Counted from the stretch's first letter, positions 54,932 to 64,000 are shown. The stretch is 64,000 bases of DNA from an uncultured Clostridia bacterium (GCA_904501985.1 CAJGCT010000002.1:3596-67595); one strand, 5' to 3'. The notes: a model not told the origin generated them from the letters alone. Translations and numbers: made by a program.

Positions 54932-54970
54932 CAGCCGAGGCTCGCATAATGAGCCTCGGCTGATTGTTTT
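54932..54970 (+). terminator. Terminator downstream of mazF
   Basis: CAGCCGAGGCTC-N7-GAGCCTCGGCTG plus a T-rich tail. A weaker hairpin with T6 lies at 54847-54885. Confidence 0.75.
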
Positions 54971-55055
54971 GTGAACATTTGGCGAAGTATATTGCAATGT
55001 TCATATTTTCCGTGCTATAATGTAGGTGTAAAAGCTTATACGGAGGAGTTTACCC

Positions 55056-55730
55056 ATGTATAAAATACTTACCGTTGACGATGAAGAAATGATAAGAAAG
55101 CTTATACGCAAATACGCCGAATTTGAGGGACATGAGGTGACCGAAGCGGCAGATGGGATGCAGGCAGTCACACTCTGCCGTGAGCATGACTTTGATATCA
55201 TCATCATGGATATTATGATGCCTGAGCTCGACGGCTTTTCCGCCTGCCGTGAGATACGCCGTACAAAAAATACTCCTATTATAATGTTATCCGCAAGAGG
55301 CGAGGAATATGACAAAATAAACGGCTTTGGTCTTGGCATTGACGACTATGTTGTAAAACCATTCTCTCCAAGAGAGCTTATGCTTCGGGTCGAAGCGGTG
55401 CTTAAGCGCTCCGGCGCGGCATCGGTACAGAAAAATGAGGTAGTTGAAATCGACGGACTGAAAGCTGACATCACTGCACGGATCGTCTATGTTGATGGTG
55501 AGCGAGTAGATATGTCTCCAAAGGAGTATGATCTGTTCTTTTATATGCTGAAAAACCGGAATATCGCCCTCACCAGAGAAAAGCTTATAACCGAGGTCTG
55601 GGGATACGATTTTTACGGAGACGACCGCACGCTTGACACGCACATCAAGCTTCTTCGCAAAAGTCTTGGCAACTACGCCGGACTTATTGTAACACTTCGG
55701 GGGGTAGGTTACCGTTTTGAATCAAAATAG
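55056..55730 (+). CDS. OmpR/PhoB-family response regulator
   Basis: Receiver domain (DDEE...DIIIMDIMMPELDG) plus a winged-helix C-terminus (LRGVGYRF). Confidence 0.92.
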   Translation: MYKILTVDDEEMIRKLIRKYAEFEGHEVTEAADGMQAVTLCREHDFDIIIMDIMMPELDGFSACREIRRTKNTPIIMLSARGEEYDKINGFGLGIDDYVVKPFSPRELMLRVEAVLKRSGAASVQKNEVVEIDGLKADITARIVYVDGERVDMSPKEYDLFFYMLKNRNIALTREKLITEVWGYDFYGDDRTLDTHIKLLRKSLGNYAGLIVTLRGVGYRFESK

Positions 55731-57210
55731 AAAAACACCGGCACGTGAAATCAGCGTAAAATGGAAATTTTTCGGCTGTATGATGCTGTTTTTGCTTCTT
55801 TTGTTAGGGCTTCTGTGGCTGTTTCAGGTAGCTTTTTTCGGGAAGATATATAAAGCGGTCAGAATAGCCGAGATCAAATCCTCTGCGACAGACCTCTGTG
55901 ATCAAATTGACGCTTCAACAGTTGAGCTTCAAACACTTGCGATTCGCACGGCAAAAGAAAAACAGGTATGTGTGCTGATTTTCGATGAATTTGGAAATAT
56001 TATATCCTCAGAGGATGCATTGTCAGACTGCAGCATCCACACCATGTCTGCCAGAAACATTTACACTCTGTACACTACGGCAAAACGAGACGGCGGGCAA
56101 AAGCTTTCAAAATTTCAGCTTGACGCTTTCAGAAATCTGAAACCGGAGAGCCTTCTGACACCGCAAGCCCCGGTAAAAGATCAAAACGACGATAATTCCG
56201 CAGAAAGCATTATTTATACTAAAATTGTACATTCGGACAATCGCGGACAGGATATAGTTGTGATGCTTAATACAACGATTTCGCCCGTGGCATCCACTGT
56301 CCGCACACTTCAAAGCGAGCTTATAATTATAAGCGTAATAATGACACTGCTTGCGGCATTTCTCTCATTTCTGCTGGCACGCCGCATATCAAGGCCAATC
56401 GAAAAAATAAGTAAAAGTGCAGGTGAGCTTGCACTGGGTGTGTATGATGCCGACTTTACCGCCGGCGGATACCGTGAGATAGCCGAGCTGTCACAAACGC
56501 TGTCATATGCCGCCTCAGAGCTGTCAAAGGTGGAAAAACTTCAGCGTGAGCTTATTGCAAACATCTCCCATGACCTGCGCACACCGCTTACCATGATTAC
56601 AGGCTATGCTGAAATGATGCGTGATATTCCGGGTGAGAACACCGCAGAAAATGTTCAGGTCATAATTGACGAAGCAAACCGATTAAGTTCACTTGTCAAC
56701 GACGTTCTTGATATTTCGAGGCTTCAGTCCGGAACGCAGGAGCTTGACATTGGTGAGTTTAATATTACCGAAACGGTACGCGAAGTAATAGGGCGTTTTT
56801 CAAAGTTCTCCGAGCAAAACGGCGTTTCCATCGAATTTTCAAGCGACTGCGAAATAATCGTTCGCGCAGACCGCACACGCATACTTCAGGTGATCTATAA
56901 TTTCATCGGAAATGCTGTGACACATTGCGGCGATGATAAAACCGTACTTGTAAAGCAGACACTTATCCGATACGATAACGGCAGCACCAAGGCGCGCATT
57001 GACGTGACCGACCACGGCGAGGGTATCCCCGAAGAACTGCTTCCCTGCATTTGGGAGCGTTACTACAAGTTAGACAAGCTCCATAGGCGCGCCGCATCCG
57101 GCTCAGGCTTGGGGCTTTCAATAGCCAAGCAGATACTTGATCTTCACAATGCCCGATACGGTGTAGAAAGCCGTGTAGGTGAAGGATCTACATTTTGGTT
57201 TGAGCTGTAA
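55717..57210 (+). CDS. Sensor histidine kinase (two TM helices, HAMP, HisKA, HATPase_c)
   Basis: H-box SHDLRTPLT plus N, G1 and G2 boxes (GSGLGLSI). It overlaps the response regulator stop. Confidence 0.9.
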   Translation: MNQNRKTPAREISVKWKFFGCMMLFLLLLLGLLWLFQVAFFGKIYKAVRIAEIKSSATDLCDQIDASTVELQTLAIRTAKEKQVCVLIFDEFGNIISSEDALSDCSIHTMSARNIYTLYTTAKRDGGQKLSKFQLDAFRNLKPESLLTPQAPVKDQNDDNSAESIIYTKIVHSDNRGQDIVVMLNTTISPVASTVRTLQSELIIISVIMTLLAAFLSFLLARRISRPIEKISKSAGELALGVYDADFTAGGYREIAELSQTLSYAASELSKVEKLQRELIANISHDLRTPLTMITGYAEMMRDIPGENTAENVQVIIDEANRLSSLVNDVLDISRLQSGTQELDIGEFNITETVREVIGRFSKFSEQNGVSIEFSSDCEIIVRADRTRILQVIYNFIGNAVTHCGDDKTVLVKQTLIRYDNGSTKARIDVTDHGEGIPEELLPCIWERYYKLDKLHRRAASGSGLGLSIAKQILDLHNARYGVESRVGEGSTFWFEL

Positions 57211-57213
57211 CAA

Positions 57214-57257
57214 AGATGCTCCCGAAAGACAGTGCTTTCGGGAGCATCTGATTTTAT
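57214..57257 (+). terminator. Terminator after the two-component operon
   Basis: AGATGCTCCCGAAAG-N6-CTTTCGGGAGCATCT plus a T-rich tail. Confidence 0.85.
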
Positions 57258-57349
57258 TTGCTGCTGTTTCCCCAAATGGAATCAAGGGCGCGTAATTCAT
57301 CAAAATTACATTATTACTAAATAGAATATAGTTATCCTTAATTTAAATC

Positions 57350-57378
57350 TTGAAATTTATAATCGGCTGTGATATAAT
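57350..57378 (+). promoter_or_regulatory. rnf operon promoter (TTGAAA-17-TATAAT)
   Basis: -35 at 57350-57355 and -10 at 57373-57378. Confidence 0.5.
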
Positions 57379-57461
57379 ATAGAAGTCGAATTATGTTTAT
57401 CTTCAGAGCGGCGCTCTGTATATTGTGTCTGTCGACATATTTCATCAATAGAGAAAGGTAT

Positions 57462-58787
57462 ATGAGTATGGCTTTCCATCTTCGCGGAATACACCCTCCG
57501 CACAGAAAAAATACATTAAAACAGCCAACGGTCAGAATGGATGCTCCCACATCTGTGACAATTCCCATGGCAATGCACATCGGAGCACCTGCTATCCCCA
57601 CGGTCAAGGTCGGGGATTCTGTTATGGTTGGCACAAAAATCGGTGAGGCAAGCGGAAAAATATCGTCAAACGTTTATTCAAGCGTATCCGGCAAGGTAAC
57701 AAAGCTTGCGGAATATTTGCCGCCCTACGGTAATGCCACTACAGCAGTAGTTATCGAGTCCGATGCAAAAATGACGGTTGATCCTGCGATATGCCCCCCC
57801 TCTGTTAACAGCAGAGACGAGTTTATTGCCGCAATTCGCGAAAGCGGCATTGTGGGTCTTGGCGGTGCAGGCTTTCCCACCCATGTAAAGCTGGATGTGG
57901 CACCCGAGCGTATTGAATATCTCATTATCAACGGTGCGGAATGCGAGCCGTATGTTACCAGCGATACAGTAACAATGCTGACACGTGCCGACGATATGGC
58001 ATACGCTCTCTGTCAGCTTAACCGCCATCTTGGAATAAACAATGTGATTATAGGCATAGAAAACAACAAAAAAGAGGCAATCTCTGCTATGAATACCATG
58101 GCGGCTTCCATATCCGAATGCACTGTAAACGTAAAGTCACTCCCCTCCGTATACCCTCAGGGCGGAGAAAAGGTGCTGATCTATCATACCACAGGCCGCA
58201 AGGTGCCTGCCGGAAAGTTGCCTATTGATGTTGGCTGTATTGTGCTTAACTGCACAACTCTTGCGGCAATCGGAGCTTATCTGCGCACCGGAATGCCGCT
58301 GGTTGAAAAATGTGTGACAGTAGACGGCGGTGCAGTAAAAAATCCGCAGAATATAATTGCACCTATCGGTACTCTGATTGAGGATTTGTTCTCATTCTGC
58401 GGTGGTCTGAGGGCACAGCCTGCCAAGATAATCTACGGCGGTCCTATGATGGGTGTGACAGTGCCTGATACCAATTACCCGGTGCTGAAGAACACTAACG
58501 CTATCCTCGCCCTGACAGAAAAAGAAGCAAAGCTTCCAAAGCCCACTGCCTGCATCCGCTGCGGAACTTGCACCAACACCTGTCCTTTTGGCTTGGCTCC
58601 TGCTTCTATTGCCGCCGCGTATGAAAAGAAAGACACAGAAGCTCTAAAGGCCCTGTCGGTTGAAACCTGTATGGAATGCGGATGCTGCAGCTTTGTCTGC
58701 CCTGCCAACCGTCCCTTGGTTCAGATGAACAAGCTGTCCAAGCAGTTATTGAAAGAAGAACAAAAGAAGGAGGTTCCAAAATCATGA
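57462..58787 (+). CDS. rnfC: Rnf complex subunit C
   Basis: GLGGAGFPTHVKL, INGAECEPYVTSD and two CxxCxxCxxxCP motifs. The start was set at MSMAF after GAGAAAGG. Confidence 0.93.
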   Translation: MSMAFHLRGIHPPHRKNTLKQPTVRMDAPTSVTIPMAMHIGAPAIPTVKVGDSVMVGTKIGEASGKISSNVYSSVSGKVTKLAEYLPPYGNATTAVVIESDAKMTVDPAICPPSVNSRDEFIAAIRESGIVGLGGAGFPTHVKLDVAPERIEYLIINGAECEPYVTSDTVTMLTRADDMAYALCQLNRHLGINNVIIGIENNKKEAISAMNTMAASISECTVNVKSLPSVYPQGGEKVLIYHTTGRKVPAGKLPIDVGCIVLNCTTLAAIGAYLRTGMPLVEKCVTVDGGAVKNPQNIIAPIGTLIEDLFSFCGGLRAQPAKIIYGGPMMGVTVPDTNYPVLKNTNAILALTEKEAKLPKPTACIRCGTCTNTCPFGLAPASIAAAYEKKDTEALKALSVETCMECGCCSFVCPANRPLVQMNKLSKQLLKEEQKKEVPKS

Positions 58788-59701
58788 ATTCTTTAACAAA
58801 AGTAATGATTTCTCCTCATATCCACAGCGGCAGATCCACCGCCGGTATTATGCGAGATGTACTGATCTCATTACTCCCTGCAACTGTGGCAGGAGCTGTA
58901 ATTTTCGGCTGGCGTGCTTTACTTCCCATAGTAGTTTGTGTAGCCTGCTGTGTTGCTTTCGAAGCACTGTTCAATATTATCACCAAAAAAGATCAGACGG
59001 TTGGCGATCTGTCCGCCGCCGTTACCGGATTACTGCTCGCACTGAATCTGCCCGCAAATATTCCGCTTTGGCAGTGTGTCATTGGCTCTTTGTTTGCTAT
59101 AATTGTTGTAAAGTGTCTGTTTGGCGGAATTGGCGGCAATCTGGTAAACCCGGCTATCACGGCAAGAGTATTTATGCTGATAGCCTTTGAATCGTTGGCT
59201 GTATCGGCATTTCCTATAGATACAGTAGCAAGTGCAACCCCTCTTGTGGCTGATAAGATGCCCTCTCTGCTTACTTTGTTCATGGGCAATTACGGCGGTG
59301 CAATTGGAGAGACCTGCACTGCCGCCCTGCTGCTCGGCGGTATTTATCTCCTGGTGCGCAGAGTAATTACTTGGCACATCCCTACGTTATTCATAGGCAC
59401 TGTATTTGTTTTCTCATTCTTCATGGAAGGATTCGATGCCATCACTGCACTCAGCCTTACACTGGCCGGCGGCGTATTTCTCGGTGCTATCTTTATGGCT
59501 ACCGACTATGTCACATCTCCCTCTACCTCATGGGGCAAGGTCCTGTTTGGTCTTGGTGCCGGGTTACTTACCTGCCTGATTCGCTATTTTGGCATTTATC
59601 CCGCTGGAGTTTCCTTTGCGATTTTGTTTATGAACATACTTACTCCGTATATAGATCAGTGGACCAAATATAAAGTATTTGCAGTGGGGGGAAAACGATA
59701 A
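58784..59701 (+). CDS. rnfD: Rnf complex subunit D
   Basis: Polytopic NqrB/RnfD family with the FMN-attachment context ATDYVTSP. ATGA overlap with rnfC. Confidence 0.92.
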   Translation: MNSLTKVMISPHIHSGRSTAGIMRDVLISLLPATVAGAVIFGWRALLPIVVCVACCVAFEALFNIITKKDQTVGDLSAAVTGLLLALNLPANIPLWQCVIGSLFAIIVVKCLFGGIGGNLVNPAITARVFMLIAFESLAVSAFPIDTVASATPLVADKMPSLLTLFMGNYGGAIGETCTAALLLGGIYLLVRRVITWHIPTLFIGTVFVFSFFMEGFDAITALSLTLAGGVFLGAIFMATDYVTSPSTSWGKVLFGLGAGLLTCLIRYFGIYPAGVSFAILFMNILTPYIDQWTKYKVFAVGGKR

Positions 59702-60876
59702 TGAAAAAAAACATAAAAAATCTCTCCGTATTTGTTTGCATCTGCACGGTAATTACATTGCTTCTCGCGCTCACCAACTCATTTACCGCTCCCATTATTC
59801 TGAAAAATCAAAATGACTCTGCAAATCAGGCACTTCTTGAAGTAATGCCAAACGGAAACGGCTTTGAGGCAATTTCAACCGCAGATTACACACTACCTGC
59901 AACAGTCTCCGAGGTTTATAAGGAAACGACCGGACTTGGATATGTAGTGAAGCTTGTCACAGCCGGTTACGGAAGCGACATGGTAATCATGTGCGGAGTT
60001 TCAGGGGATGGCGTTGTAACCGGTGCGGTTTGCATTTCCTCTAACGAAACCCTTGGCAAAGAAAAGACCTACGGCGAAAACTTTTCAAACAAGGACGCCG
60101 CCGGTGTAGATACAGTTGATACCATCAGCGGAGCTACCAAAACAACCGCCGCATACAAAGGTGCTGTCAAGGATGCGCTGAATACCGCTATTATTCTCGG
60201 AGGCGGCTCTGTAGATATTCGCACCGAGGAAGAAATCCTCGCGGATAATCTGTCGGCGGCTCTTCCGGCAGGCGAAGGGGAATTTGAAAAGCTGTTCCTT
60301 GTGGAACTTATCGAAAATGTTGATGCCGTTTATGCCGCCGAAAACGGGACAGGATATGTTTTCATCGTTGGCGAACAGTTTATAGGCGTTTTGGCTGACG
60401 GTACAGTTATCAGCGAGGGCGTGGAAAACACTGCCGCTATTACTGATGCGGTTGCAACAATCGCGGCTTCCTCTCTTGAAGAAATTGATCTGTCCGCTTA
60501 TCCTGACCTTGCAAAAACAGTTATTTTCGCGGCAAAAACAGCTTCGGGCAACTATGTAGTTGAAACCAAGGGCGCCGGCTACGGCATCAAGGGCGGCAAT
60601 GAGTATCATCCTGCATCTGGCGAATACATCGTTGTACGCGTTTCTATGACGGCTGACGGTCAAATCATCGACTGTATCACCGTTTCCGAAGGCGAAACAG
60701 ACGGTCTTGGCGACGCCTGCGCAGACGAGGACTTCTACGGTCAGTTTGTGGGAAAGACAGAAGATAATTACACCGAGATAGATGCTATTAGCGGTGCAAC
60801 CTTAACTACAGACGGCTACAAGCAGGCTATTGAACGTGCCTTTATGGCAGTAGAAATTTTGAAAGGAGGGGAATGA
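59701..60876 (+). CDS. rnfG: Rnf complex subunit G, double-length with two FMN_bind modules
   Basis: N-terminal anchor plus two flavinylation-type motifs: DTISGAT (60118-60138) and DAISGAT (60781-60801). Confidence 0.85.
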   Translation: MKKNIKNLSVFVCICTVITLLLALTNSFTAPIILKNQNDSANQALLEVMPNGNGFEAISTADYTLPATVSEVYKETTGLGYVVKLVTAGYGSDMVIMCGVSGDGVVTGAVCISSNETLGKEKTYGENFSNKDAAGVDTVDTISGATKTTAAYKGAVKDALNTAIILGGGSVDIRTEEEILADNLSAALPAGEGEFEKLFLVELIENVDAVYAAENGTGYVFIVGEQFIGVLADGTVISEGVENTAAITDAVATIAASSLEEIDLSAYPDLAKTVIFAAKTASGNYVVETKGAGYGIKGGNEYHPASGEYIVVRVSMTADGQIIDCITVSEGETDGLGDACADEDFYGQFVGKTEDNYTEIDAISGATLTTDGYKQAIERAFMAVEILKGGE

Positions 60877-61571
60877 TTATGAACAGGAAAAGTTCGCTTT
60901 CCGTTTTAACAAACGGAATCCTTAAGGAAAACCCCACTTTGGTGCTCATCCTCGGCACCTGCCCGACTTTGGCAACCACAACAACTGTTACGGGAGCCTT
61001 GGGCATGGGTCTTGCGGCACTAGTAGTTCTTCTCTGCTCCAATATTTTCATTTCACTGCTTCGAAGGATCATTCCCGAAACAATGCGTATTCCCTGCTAT
61101 ATAGTAATTATTGCAGGATTCGTTACTATCGTTAAAATGCTGGTACAGGCATTCTTCCCCGGACTTTACGAAACGCTTGGTGTGTACCTTGACCTGATCA
61201 CGGTAAACTGCATTATTTTAGGCCGCGCCGAAATGTTTGCAGGCAAGAATACCGTTGTTTCTTCCGCACTTGACGGAATCGGCATGGGACTTGGCTTCAC
61301 ACTTGCTCTCGGAGCTATGGCTACCATCCGAGAGGTTTTCGGAGCCGCATCATTTGCCGGAATTGCCATTCCGTTTATGGAAGAATACAAGATTGCATTT
61401 TTGGCAAAGGCTCCCGGCGGACTGCTTGTGTACGGACTTCTCATTGCGCTGGTGTACGCCGCAACCCACGGAAAAGCTCCTGCAAAAACCTCTTTCTCCT
61501 GTAGTAGCTGTCCTAACGCTTGTATATGCAATAAAAATGAACCCTGTACAGAGAAAGGAGCTGAAAATTGA
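60873..61571 (+). CDS. rnfE: Rnf complex subunit E with a Cys-rich C-terminal tail
   Basis: NqrD/RnfE family (LGTCPTLATTT). The tail is SFSCSSCPNACICNKNEPCTEKGAEN. Confidence 0.9.
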   Translation: MIMNRKSSLSVLTNGILKENPTLVLILGTCPTLATTTTVTGALGMGLAALVVLLCSNIFISLLRRIIPETMRIPCYIVIIAGFVTIVKMLVQAFFPGLYETLGVYLDLITVNCIILGRAEMFAGKNTVVSSALDGIGMGLGFTLALGAMATIREVFGAASFAGIAIPFMEEYKIAFLAKAPGGLLVYGLLIALVYAATHGKAPAKTSFSCSSCPNACICNKNEPCTEKGAEN

Positions 61572-62170
61572 TGGAAGAATTCAAGCTTCTTATTGTAATT
61601 CTGCTTTCCGCTGTTTTTGTGGACAACTACGTGCTCTGCCGTTTCCTAGGCATCTGCCCCTTTTTGGGCGTATCCAAAAAATTTGATCAGGCATCGGGCA
61701 TGGGTATTGCCGTAACCGTCGTCATGCTGCTGGCAACAGCAGTAACCTGGCCTATTCAGCATTTCGTACTTAATACGCTGAATATGGGATATTTGCAGAA
61801 TATTGTTTTCATTCTGATCATCGCCACACTTGTACAGATTTTAGAAATGCTTTTAAAGAAGCTCTCCCCCTCTCTGTATAAAGGTCTTGGCGTGTATCTG
61901 CCGCTTATCACCACCAACTGTGCGGTTCTCGGCGTTACCATAAACAATATTATTGACGGATATTCCTTTATAGAGTCTATGGCAAGTACACTCGGATGCG
62001 GTCTTGGATTTTTGCTGGCAATGGTACTGTTCTCAGGACTTCGTTCACGCATCAATGAAGCAAACATTCCCACCCCCTTCCGCGGACTTGCAGTTACCCT
62101 TATTGCCGCCTCATTTATATCCTTGGCATTCATGGGCTTTGGCGGCATTGTGGAAAATATTTTTGGTTAA
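61571..62170 (+). CDS. rnfA: Rnf complex subunit A
   Basis: NqrE/RnfA family (FVDNYVLCRFLGICPFLGVS). ATG 61571 overlaps the rnfE stop by 1 nt. Confidence 0.92.
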   Translation: MEEFKLLIVILLSAVFVDNYVLCRFLGICPFLGVSKKFDQASGMGIAVTVVMLLATAVTWPIQHFVLNTLNMGYLQNIVFILIIATLVQILEMLLKKLSPSLYKGLGVYLPLITTNCAVLGVTINNIIDGYSFIESMASTLGCGLGFLLAMVLFSGLRSRINEANIPTPFRGLAVTLIAASFISLAFMGFGGIVENIFG

Positions 62171-62185
62171 TGTGAGGGACTGTTT

Positions 62186-63019
62186 ATGGAAATTTTAATT
62201 GCATTTCTTTTTATGCTTGCCATCGCTTTGGCGGCAGGTCTCTTACTGTTAGTTTTCTCTCATCTTTTTGCGGTAAACAAAAACCCATTGGAGAAAACCA
62301 TCAGAGAATGCTTACCGGGTGTCAACTGCGGTGCTTGCGGATACAAGGGCTGTGATGACTACGCCGCCGCTTTAGCGGAAAATACCGCAAAGCCCAATTT
62401 ATGCATTCCCGGTGCACAAAAGGTCGCCGATCAGATCAGCGATATACTCGGTATTGAAAAAACACAGGTTGAAGATGTAGTCGCATTTGTAGCATGCAAC
62501 GGTCACTGCGGTGCTACATATCCTATTGCACAGTATGAGGGCGTTCAGACCTGCCACGCCGCATCAATGCTTTATGGCGGAACAAATGCCTGCCGCTTCG
62601 GCTGCCTTGGTCTTGGAGACTGCGCGGCTGTGTGTCCCTCCAAGGCTATCTGCATAGCAGACGGTATCGCACGGGTAGATACCTCCAAATGTGTGGGCTG
62701 TGGTATGTGTACGCACACCTGTCCCAAGCAAATTATCACCATGCTTCCGCAGGAGGCGGCTGTTGCGGTGATGTGCGGCAATAAGCAAAAAGGTGCTGAT
62801 GCCCGCAAGGCTTGTAAAAACGCTTGTATTGGCTGTAAAAAGTGTGAAAAGGCGTGCCCTAATGGAGCTATCGCGGTTACGGATAATTTGGCTGTAATTG
62901 ACTATAATAAGTGTACAGGCTGTGGACTCTGCGCAGACGACTGCCCCACCGGCTGTCTTAAGAAAGTTTATTTCCCGGATCTTCCGGAAAATTATGATCC
63001 CCACGCACTTGTTAAATGA
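62186..63019 (+). CDS. rnfB: Rnf complex subunit B (polyferredoxin)
   Basis: N-terminal anchor, CGACGYKGCDDYA and several CxxCxxCxxxCP motifs. Confidence 0.92.
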   Translation: MEILIAFLFMLAIALAAGLLLLVFSHLFAVNKNPLEKTIRECLPGVNCGACGYKGCDDYAAALAENTAKPNLCIPGAQKVADQISDILGIEKTQVEDVVAFVACNGHCGATYPIAQYEGVQTCHAASMLYGGTNACRFGCLGLGDCAAVCPSKAICIADGIARVDTSKCVGCGMCTHTCPKQIITMLPQEAAVAVMCGNKQKGADARKACKNACIGCKKCEKACPNGAIAVTDNLAVIDYNKCTGCGLCADDCPTGCLKKVYFPDLPENYDPHALVK

Positions 63020-63020
63020 T

Positions 63021-63422
63021 ATGAAAAGAGAAAAAAGCACCTCCAAATTTCACCTGCGAAACGATATATTTTTCATAGCCGTACTACTCTTAATATCTAT
63101 GTTAGGAGCACTGTATTTGTTCGTATTTCGCAGCAGCGGTGACACGGTTAAGATCACCGTTGACGGGAAGCTGTACGGCACATATTCCTTATCACAGAAT
63201 ATTACCGAAGATATTAAAAGCGGTGAAAACAGCAATCAGTTAAACAGGCTGATAATCAGCGACGGGAAAGCATACATGGAAACCGCATCCTGTCCGGATG
63301 GAATCTGTGTTGCTCACCGCCCTATCTTCCGAAACGGTGAAAGTATCGTGTGTCTGCCTAACCGTGTTGTGATTACCGTAATTACCGATAACAGCACAGA
63401 CTCCCCCGATATTGTGGCGTAG
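63021..63422 (+). CDS. NusG domain II-containing membrane-anchored protein
   Basis: TM helix, then VKITVDGKLYGTYSL...CPDGICV...IVCLPNRVVI. ATG 63021 was chosen (the ORF track starts inside rnfB). Confidence 0.75.
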   Translation: MKREKSTSKFHLRNDIFFIAVLLLISMLGALYLFVFRSSGDTVKITVDGKLYGTYSLSQNITEDIKSGENSNQLNRLIISDGKAYMETASCPDGICVAHRPIFRNGESIVCLPNRVVITVITDNSTDSPDIVA

Positions 63423-63436
63423 AGAGGTTGGTTATT

Positions 63437-63937
63437 ATGGGAAAATCCAAAAAAATTGCCTTTCTTGGCTTGTGTACCGCACTTGCTCTGATACTCGCCT
63501 ATGCAGAAGTCATGATGCAGCCTTTGTTTCCGTCTATACCGGGAATTAAAATGGGACTGCCTAATGTTATCATCGTGTTTTTGCTTTACAGGCAAGGGCC
63601 TGCCTTTACCGCGGGAGTATCTTTAGCGCGAATTTTGCTTGTAAGCATACTTTTCGGCAACGCAATGACATTTTTGTACAGTCTGGCAGGAGCTGTTCTC
63701 AGTCTGCTTGTTATGATACTTCTCCGCCGATTTAATTTGATGTCTGCGGTAGGAGTCAGCGTTGCCGGAGGTGTCACTCACAATCTGGGACAAATTTTGA
63801 TGGCAATGGTGTTACTTGAAACGGCAGAACTGGGCTATTATATGGTTGTACTGACCGTCACAGGCATTATTGCAGGCATTCTGGTAGGACTTTGCGGATC
63901 TTTTCTTATAAAAAAGATACCGAAAAAATTGTTTTGA
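63437..63937 (+). CDS. Gx transporter family protein (heptaprenyl-diphosphate-synthase-component-I-like membrane protein)
   Basis: Five TM helices of a small membrane protein, at the typical position after a NusG_II gene. GAGAGG lies 9 nt upstream of ATG 63437. Confidence 0.7.
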   Translation: MGKSKKIAFLGLCTALALILAYAEVMMQPLFPSIPGIKMGLPNVIIVFLLYRQGPAFTAGVSLARILLVSILFGNAMTFLYSLAGAVLSLLVMILLRRFNLMSAVGVSVAGGVTHNLGQILMAMVLLETAELGYYMVVLTVTGIIAGILVGLCGSFLIKKIPKKLF

Positions 63938-63969
63938 TAAAGATTGTGAAACAAATAACAGAAAATCCA

Positions 63970-63998
63970 TTGACAGATAAGCAATTATGTGGTACAAT
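63970..63998 (+). promoter_or_regulatory. Promoter for a gene beyond the right edge (TTGACA-17-TACAAT, TG-extended)
   Basis: -35 at 63970-63975 and -10 at 63993-63998. Confidence 0.4.
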
Positions 63999-64000
63999 AC

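Noticed and set aside
1-64000. Scan for CRISPR arrays, rRNA genes, intact IS elements, retron or DGR components
   Set aside because: No regularly spaced short repeats, no rRNA-like sequence, and no transposase or reverse-transcriptase ORFs were seen in any frame of the ORF track.

Overview
This 64-kb window is a chromosomal segment from a Firmicutes/Clostridia-type genome of roughly 50% G+C. No rRNA, CRISPR array or intact IS element was seen.

Gene content, left to right:
- 1-3.77 kb: right-hand end of an integrated mobile element. It carries a MobC-like gene fragment, back-to-back promoters, a LexA/CI-type S24 repressor, an AT-rich orphan gene and a large serine recombinase. It abuts trxB.
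- 3.8-5.9 kb: thioredoxin module, trxB / Crp-Fnr regulator / trxA.
- sbcDC.
- A PPIase lipoprotein, ispE, a DUF362 Fe-S protein and aroA-aroB.
- An AI-2E transporter.
- 17.5-31.2 kb, minus strand: complete dcw cluster, mraZ-rsmH-ftsL-pbp-murE-murF-mraY-ftsW-murG-ftsQ-ftsZ.
- coaD-rsmD-uvrC and ptsH.
- Envelope operon rimM-trmD-murJ-(O-antigen-ligase-like)-2x DUF4330.
- glxK and mrp.
- A small AT-rich XRE/zinc-ribbon islet and an amidase-domain gene.
- A DeoR/SIS versus TIM-like/YjbQ divergon.
- capA plus a radical SAM gene, an M23 peptidase and dapL.
- tRNA-Gly(CCC), a solo mazF and an OmpR-type two-component system.
- rnfCDGEAB followed by NusG_II and Gx-transporter genes.

Most noteworthy observations:
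1. The AT-rich orphan in the repressor operon carries an RNxxxHxxxxW (HEPN/Abi2-like) motif.
2. The serine recombinase ORF has no stop codon of its own. It runs across a duplicated trxB terminator hairpin into antisense trxB.
3. Identical GTGAC-N3-GTCAC palindromes sit at the same class-II-like position in the trxB and trxA promoters, flanking a Crp/Fnr gene.
4. A 433-bp foldback (MITE-like) element with an 11-bp flanking direct repeat separates the SIS/DeoR operon from its promoter region.
5. A 2x149-bp tandem duplication includes the last 21 nt of tRNA-Gly.
6. A catalytically intact mazF has no visible antitoxin gene.
7. RnfG carries two FMN-binding modules, and RnfE has a Cys-rich tail.

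All functional calls rest on reading the translated ORFs and the DNA by eye. No database search was run.
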